DNA of 39,839 nucleotides from a virus (Duplodnaviria; Caudoviricetes). Below the pieces are notes generated by a model, which worked only from the letters and a program-made list of their open reading frames with translations, searched no databases and had not been told where the DNA came from. Of this stretch, positions 35,427 through 39,839 are shown piece by piece (position 1 is the stretch's first letter; every line of letters starts with the position of its first letter). The DNA lies in the IMG/VR virus record IMGVR_UViG_3300046832_000883, positions 1 through 39,839 of that record; one strand, given 5' to 3'. Both the position numbers and the translations under genes were made by a program.

Positions 35427-35849
35427 ATGCCACTATTAGCAAATGACACAGACGGTGCGGTAACACGTAAGCGTCTTGAAGCATGGGCAGCAAAAGAAGA
35501 GAAGGTAACTGTTGTTGCCGCTACTGATGCAGCCACCGTACAATTAGCAGCAACGCTTGCTGGTGCAGCACGGACACTATACACAATGACCCCAACGGCA
35601 AGCCGTACCTTGACCACACCAACTGGTGCGGAACTTGGTGCAGCGTTCACAGACGAAGGTGTTGGTTCAAGTTACCAATTCACAGTAGTTAACGTGGCAG
35701 CAGCAACCCACCCAATCGTGGTAACTGCTGGTGCTTCTGGTGTAACACTTGTTGGTGCATCTGCAACCTTCTCGGTTGCCGCAGCATCGTCAGCGTCGTT
35801 CGTTGCAGTATTTACTGCAGCAAACACGGTAAGCATTTACCGAGCATAA
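35427..35849 (+). CDS. Putative capsid decoration / cement protein
   Basis: Ala/Thr/Val-rich, RTLTTPTGA motif; directly after the MCP and before the terminator. Confidence 0.6.
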   Translation: MPLLANDTDGAVTRKRLEAWAAKEEKVTVVAATDAATVQLAATLAGAARTLYTMTPTASRTLTTPTGAELGAAFTDEGVGSSYQFTVVNVAAATHPIVVTAGASGVTLVGASATFSVAAASSASFVAVFTAANTVSIYRA

Positions 35850-35861
35850 GTAATCTGAATC

Positions 35862-35896
35862 GGGGGGTGGAGGCCACACTCCACTCCCCTTTTCTT
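35862..35896 (+). terminator. Intrinsic terminator after capsid genes
   Basis: GGGGGGTGGAG-GCCACA-CTCCACTCCCC followed by TTTTCTT. Confidence 0.85.
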
Positions 35897-35907
35897 GAAG
35901 GAGAATC

Positions 35908-36045
35908 ATGCCAGTAAAGTATCGAATTCTTGACAGCCATGCGAGTGCAACTCCAAAGGCTGGAACAACAACTTCAACTTACCCAAAACGTAAGTCAAGT
36001 AAATCATCCAAAAAAATGAAATCATCTAGCAAAGGAATGTACTAA
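35908..36045 (+). CDS. Small Lys/Ser-rich protein (45 aa), not in ORF track
   Basis: AAGGAG RBS; MPVKYRILDSHASATPKAG...KSSKSSKKMKSSSKGMY; TAATG coupling. Confidence 0.75.
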   Translation: MPVKYRILDSHASATPKAGTTTSTYPKRKSSKSSKKMKSSSKGMY

Positions 36046-36440
36046 TGGCAAATCCAAATCGAATGGTCAGGTCAACTGGTGGGGCTGCACGAAATGCAAC
36101 TGGCAAGGCTTATGTAAGGCCAAAGATGGCTGGTACATCTGCAGCAGGTGCGGGCAAGCGTGGTATTCGTGACATCGCCAAAGGCGCTGCAGCGAAGGGT
36201 CCAGGCGCTGATGGTAAGTACAAGCCAGGCGACATGTTCCGTTCTGGTCGCATTGTGCAACCAGGTGTTGCTCCAGGTAAGTCAAAGCCAAAAGCTAAAG
36301 CAAAAGTTTCCAAGGCACCCACGATGCAGGCTCGAATTGCAAAATCTAAGAGCCGAATGCAGAAATCTGCAACCAAGGGCAAGAGTGCTTCGCAGGACTT
36401 GAACAAGCGTCCAGTAAAAGCTCTTTACAGAAACAAGTAG
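36045..36440 (+). CDS. Highly basic protein
   Basis: 131 aa, K/R/A/G-rich, almost no acidic residues. Confidence 0.75.
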   Translation: MANPNRMVRSTGGAARNATGKAYVRPKMAGTSAAGAGKRGIRDIAKGAAAKGPGADGKYKPGDMFRSGRIVQPGVAPGKSKPKAKAKVSKAPTMQARIAKSKSRMQKSATKGKSASQDLNKRPVKALYRNK

Positions 36441-36448
36441 TACGTATT

Positions 36449-37300
36449 GTGACTCCTGCCGAGAAGGCAAGAATTGCTGGGCGCAAGGAAGCTGTTAAGT
36501 CTGGTACCTCTAAGGGCTTGAGTGCCAAAGAGGCACGAAAGCGTTACTATGTACGCACTCGTGCTGCTGAGTTGGAGAAGAAGACGGGTAAGCCTGTTTC
36601 CGCTGAAAAGCGGAAGCAACTTCGTGAGAAGTTTAATTCTGGTGATGTAAGCCGTAAGGGTTTTGCTGCACCGAAGAAGAAGAGTGTATCTAGTTCTTCT
36701 TCCGTTCCTGCCGATAAGCCCGTTTCTTCTACGAAGGGCAAGTCTCCTACTTCCCAGATGCAATCTGTTCCTGGCTACAAGTCTGGTTCGGCAAAGCCTG
36801 CTGGAAAGAAGGGGCGTAGTTCTTCTGGTAAGACTTACGACTTTGTTCGTAATGAACTTCTTGGTGTTGATGATTTTTCTCGTGTAGGAAAGAATCTCAA
36901 GAAGGGCAATTATGGCAAGGCAGCTAAATCTGCTGGCGCAGGTGTTCTTGAACTTGGTTCTACTGTTGCTTCATTGTTTGGTGTAGGTCTTGGTGTTAAG
37001 GGCGCTATGGGTGCTGCTAAAGCAGCGAAACTTGCTAAGGGCGTTAAGGCCATTGGTCCTGGTTCTCGTACTATTAAGGCAGTTGCTGTGCGAAAAGTAC
37101 CCAAGGCTATTGGTTCTGGACCCAAGGCTATTGGTCCTGCTCCTAAGGCAGTTCTTAGGAAGCCTGCTGTTAAGAAGCTTTCTGCAAAGAAGCCACCTGC
37201 AAAAAAGCCACCTGCAAAGAAGCCTTCGATTAAGAAACCAGTTGCAAAGAAACCAGTTGCAAAGAAACCAGCTGTTAAGAAACCTTCTATATTTGATTAG
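36449..37300 (+). CDS. Highly basic protein with histone H1-like KKP(V/P)A tail
   Basis: 283 aa; C-terminal pentapeptide repeats KKPPA/KKPVA/KKPAV. Confidence 0.75.
   Translation: MTPAEKARIAGRKEAVKSGTSKGLSAKEARKRYYVRTRAAELEKKTGKPVSAEKRKQLREKFNSGDVSRKGFAAPKKKSVSSSSSVPADKPVSSTKGKSPTSQMQSVPGYKSGSAKPAGKKGRSSSGKTYDFVRNELLGVDDFSRVGKNLKKGNYGKAAKSAGAGVLELGSTVASLFGVGLGVKGAMGAAKAAKLAKGVKAIGPGSRTIKAVAVRKVPKAIGSGPKAIGPAPKAVLRKPAVKKLSAKKPPAKKPPAKKPSIKKPVAKKPVAKKPAVKKPSIFD
37157..37290 (+). repeat. 15-bp coding tandem repeat (about 9 degenerate units)
   Basis: Units such as AAGAAACCAGTTGCA encoding KKPxx. Confidence 0.85.
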
Positions 37301-37324
37301 GTAACAGATAGGGCTATTGGTATG
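37301..37324 (+). promoter_or_regulatory. GTAAC-box putative late promoter
   Basis: GTAACAGATAGGGCTATTGGT-ATG; 21-nt spacing. Confidence 0.6.
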
Positions 37325-37540
37325 AACCAAACAGCCAAATTGGCCCATACTCTATACGGGGAGCCAACCACTAAGCACTCCCGTCTATCCCATGCGGAAG
37401 GCGCTCGCCTTGCTGCTCCATCAGGCCCGTATATCGGGCGTAATCGTTGCATAGCCAACGATGACACATGTGAGGGTCCTAAAGCCCGTGGGACAGATTT
37501 CTGTATCGGACATTTACGTTCTAAAGGTGAGTCTAAATGA
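37322..37540 (+). CDS. Small Cys/His protein
   Basis: C-x6-C...FCIGH possible Zn finger; ATGA coupling to the adaptor gene. Confidence 0.7.
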   Translation: MNQTAKLAHTLYGEPTTKHSRLSHAEGARLAAPSGPYIGRNRCIANDDTCEGPKARGTDFCIGHLRSKGESK

Positions 37541-38226
37541 GTATAACGCTAACGCAGCTTCGCACACAGGTTCGCAACATGGTTGATTTGGATGAAACCG
37601 ACCTTCCAGATTCTATTGTTGACCAGTTTGCTCGTGAAGGGTTCCAACGCATTTATGCGCTGGAACGTCGTTGGCCTATTCTTCAGGAATCATATACATT
37701 TAATACTGTAGCCAATCAGCGTGAGTATACGATATCCACAATTGGCGATATCCGTGAAATCATTTCTGTTGTGGACACATCTACTCATGGTGCACGACTT
37801 AATCTTATTGATTACAACGAGGCTGAGGGTATTTGGCTTGGCAATCTTGACGTTGCTAGTCGACCTTATTTCTACAGTTTTTGGGACAAGAAGCTTCAGC
37901 TTTGGGCAAAGCCAGACATTGTTTATCCCATGACTGTTCGTGCTTTTCGCAATCCTGTGTACACATGGCTTAGCAATGTTGATGAGGCAATTGACCTTGA
38001 TGAATGGTTTCATGCGATTCTCCCTTACTTTATAATTGCTAGGGTTTATCAGCGTCAAGAGGACTCTGATTTGTCCGCTATGCACATGCGTTCTTTTGAT
38101 GAGGGTGTTGCTTTTGCCCGTCGTGACTTGATGAAGGCTTCTAGCGCTCAGCCTGTTGTCATGTCTGGTGGCAAGCAGTATCCAACGCTTCAGCGTTGGC
38201 TACAGACTCTTGGTAGGACACTTTAG
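37537..38226 (+). CDS. Head-tail adaptor (tail tubular protein A-like)
   Basis: MSITLTQLRTQVR...WP...FNTVANQREY...RP.FY...LWAKPD pattern; 229 aa; precedes the nozzle. Confidence 0.75.
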   Translation: MSITLTQLRTQVRNMVDLDETDLPDSIVDQFAREGFQRIYALERRWPILQESYTFNTVANQREYTISTIGDIREIISVVDTSTHGARLNLIDYNEAEGIWLGNLDVASRPYFYSFWDKKLQLWAKPDIVYPMTVRAFRNPVYTWLSNVDEAIDLDEWFHAILPYFIIARVYQRQEDSDLSAMHMRSFDEGVAFARRDLMKASSAQPVVMSGGKQYPTLQRWLQTLGRTL

Positions 38227-38228
38227 TA

Positions 38229-39839
38229 GTGTCTCAGGTTACCGTTGAGCGGTATGACGATTTTACTGGCGGTCTAAACCTTAGGGCCGACCAGTTTCAG
38301 CTTGCTCCCAATGAATCACCTGACATGTTGAATGTCGAGGTTGACCCTCGTGGTGGCTTGTTTACTCGTGGTGGAATTCGTGAGATAAACTCAACAGCTA
38401 TTGCTGGTACCTGGACCCCGCACAAACTTTATTCGTTTCCTGGCGCTACACCGCACTTGATGTTGGCTAACTACACAAAGGTGTACAAGTCAACTGGTGG
38501 AAACTTTACCACTCTGCAATACTCATCTGGTAATGATGTGACCGCAGCACAAACTCATGGTTCATGCATGGCTGCATGGGGCAAGACTTTGTATCTAACA
38601 ACTGGTACCGCAGGTAGCGGTGGTTATTCTTGGATTACTACAGATACATACGCTACTGCTTTGACTGCTTCTGGGGTATCCCCAAATGCGTGGCAGGCCA
38701 CTCCTGACCCAACGGCACACAAGATGCCAACGGCTGAACACATCATTGTTCATGCGAACAAGATGGTTGTTGCAAATACAACAGAGGACGGTGTGGCACA
38801 TCCCAATCGTGTTCGTTGGTCACTTGAATCAATCCCAGACAACTGGAACGAAGATGACTACATTGACTTTGAGGGTGGTGGAGAAGGCATTACTGCTCTT
38901 GCTGTGGTTAGCGGTCAACTTGTAGTATTCAAACAAACAGCAATGTACGTTGTGTACGGTTATGACACAACAGACTTTCAGGTTGTTCAGTTGTCTCCAC
39001 AACTTGGTGCTTTGGAGCATGAGCATATTGCGGTTGCTCCAAACGGTGTTTACTTCTTTTCTCACCCACAAGGTTTGTATTTCTATAACGGAACACAGAT
39101 AATTGATATTTTTTCAAACTTGAAATCTATGTACCCAGATGGATTTGTTAACTCAACTGCCGATGACAAGATAAGTGTTTCCTATGTTAATGAGCGTGTT
39201 TGGTTGTCTATGCCATTTTCAAAAACAACATCTGTTGATTACACCGCTATTTCTTTTGTTTATGACCCAACTATTAACAATGGAAGTTATGTTGCTCATA
39301 AGACAGCAGATGGTTATGGTCTAATCGGTGGAACCGATTGGACCAATGCTGCTGGTGAATCTAAGCCATTTATGATTCATCCAGTTCTTCCTCGTGTGGT
39401 AGAGGTTGATGTTTACGATGAAGAAAAGGATTTGCTTGGTGGTTCTGAATCAAACTTTGCATCGTTTTACAGAACTGGTTGGGTTGACGGTCGTTCTTAT
39501 TCGATGAAGAAGATGTGGCGTAGACCAGATTTTGTTGTTAAGCAAACTGATACTGCACGACAGATAAATGTAAAAGTATTTCATAACTTCGAAGAAGCAG
39601 TTGGAAACGAAAGAAAGTCTTTTAATATTTCTCTTGATGCTTCAGCATCAGGAATGCTTTGGGGCGAGGGTTATTGGGGTGTTGGCAAATGGGGTCTTCA
39701 GGCTGCAGGTGCTCAGGTTGTGCGTGGTTCGAATCTTGGTTTGGCCCGTGCTGTGCAACTGTTGTTTACTGGTCCAGTTGGTTTGTTCTGGGGTATTGAC
39801 AGCATTGCTTACAAATTTAATAAGCGAAAGGTTACTGGA
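38229..39839 (+). CDS. Tail nozzle / stabilisation protein (tail tubular B or P22 gp10-like, about 537 aa); stop is at 209-211 across the join; missing from ORF track
   Basis: GTG start, MSQVTVERYDDFTGGLNLRADQFQLAPNESPDMLNVEVDPRGGLFTRGG, later HPNRVRWS. Open to the window end and in frame with 23-211. Confidence 0.85.
   Translation, partial: MSQVTVERYDDFTGGLNLRADQFQLAPNESPDMLNVEVDPRGGLFTRGGIREINSTAIAGTWTPHKLYSFPGATPHLMLANYTKVYKSTGGNFTTLQYSSGNDVTAAQTHGSCMAAWGKTLYLTTGTAGSGGYSWITTDTYATALTASGVSPNAWQATPDPTAHKMPTAEHIIVHANKMVVANTTEDGVAHPNRVRWSLESIPDNWNEDDYIDFEGGGEGITALAVVSGQLVVFKQTAMYVVYGYDTTDFQVVQLSPQLGALEHEHIAVAPNGVYFFSHPQGLYFYNGTQIIDIFSNLKSMYPDGFVNSTADDKISVSYVNERVWLSMPFSKTTSVDYTAISFVYDPTINNGSYVAHKTADGYGLIGGTDWTNAAGESKPFMIHPVLPRVVEVDVYDEEKDLLGGSESNFASFYRTGWVDGRSYSMKKMWRRPDFVVKQTDTARQINVKVFHNFEEAVGNERKSFNISLDASASGMLWGEGYWGVGKWGLQAAGAQVVRGSNLGLARAVQLLFTGPVGLFWGIDSIAYKFNKRKVTG
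39632..39839. repeat. Terminal direct repeat, right copy
   Basis: 207/208 identical to bases 1-208. Confidence 0.95.

Noticed and set aside
37157-37290. Short repeats as a CRISPR array
   Set aside because: Spacer-less, in-frame 15-nt coding repeats. No array was seen anywhere, so the Cas4-like gene is treated as a stand-alone phage nuclease.

Overview
The window is an apparently complete, circularly assembled ~39.63 kb dsDNA phage genome: bases 1-208 are repeated at 39632-39839 with one synonymous mismatch. It has podovirus-like architecture and a probable actinobacterial host (WhiB gene). I found no integrase, repressor, tape measure, DNA polymerase, tRNA or CRISPR array. A + strand late arm (24634 through the join to 11192) carries terS, a Gly-rich fibre / 2OG-Fe(II) oxygenase / PA14 accessory block, holin-like genes, terL, portal, scaffold, capsid, basic proteins, adaptor, nozzle, internal virion proteins (including a 2377-aa giant) and an M15-type endolysin. 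A - strand early/replication arm (23209 to 11128) carries small early genes, amidoligase + class II glutamine amidotransferase, WhiB, a lytic transglycosylase, a Cas4-like nuclease, an SSB-like protein, helicase, primase, RusA, a sigma-region-4-only protein and a C5 methyltransferase. The most notable signals are: (1) a GTAAC box at 8 sites, five of them exactly 21 nt before late start codons that mostly lack a Shine-Dalgarno, suggesting a phage-specific leaderless promoter class; (2) a methyltransferase whose missing part is encoded by a nested out-of-frame gene; (3) long hairpins in the early intergenic gaps, several with C-GNA-G loops on the template strand; (4) two clusters of small very basic late proteins; (5) apparent absence of GATC. 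All product calls come from motif recognition by eye, not database searches.
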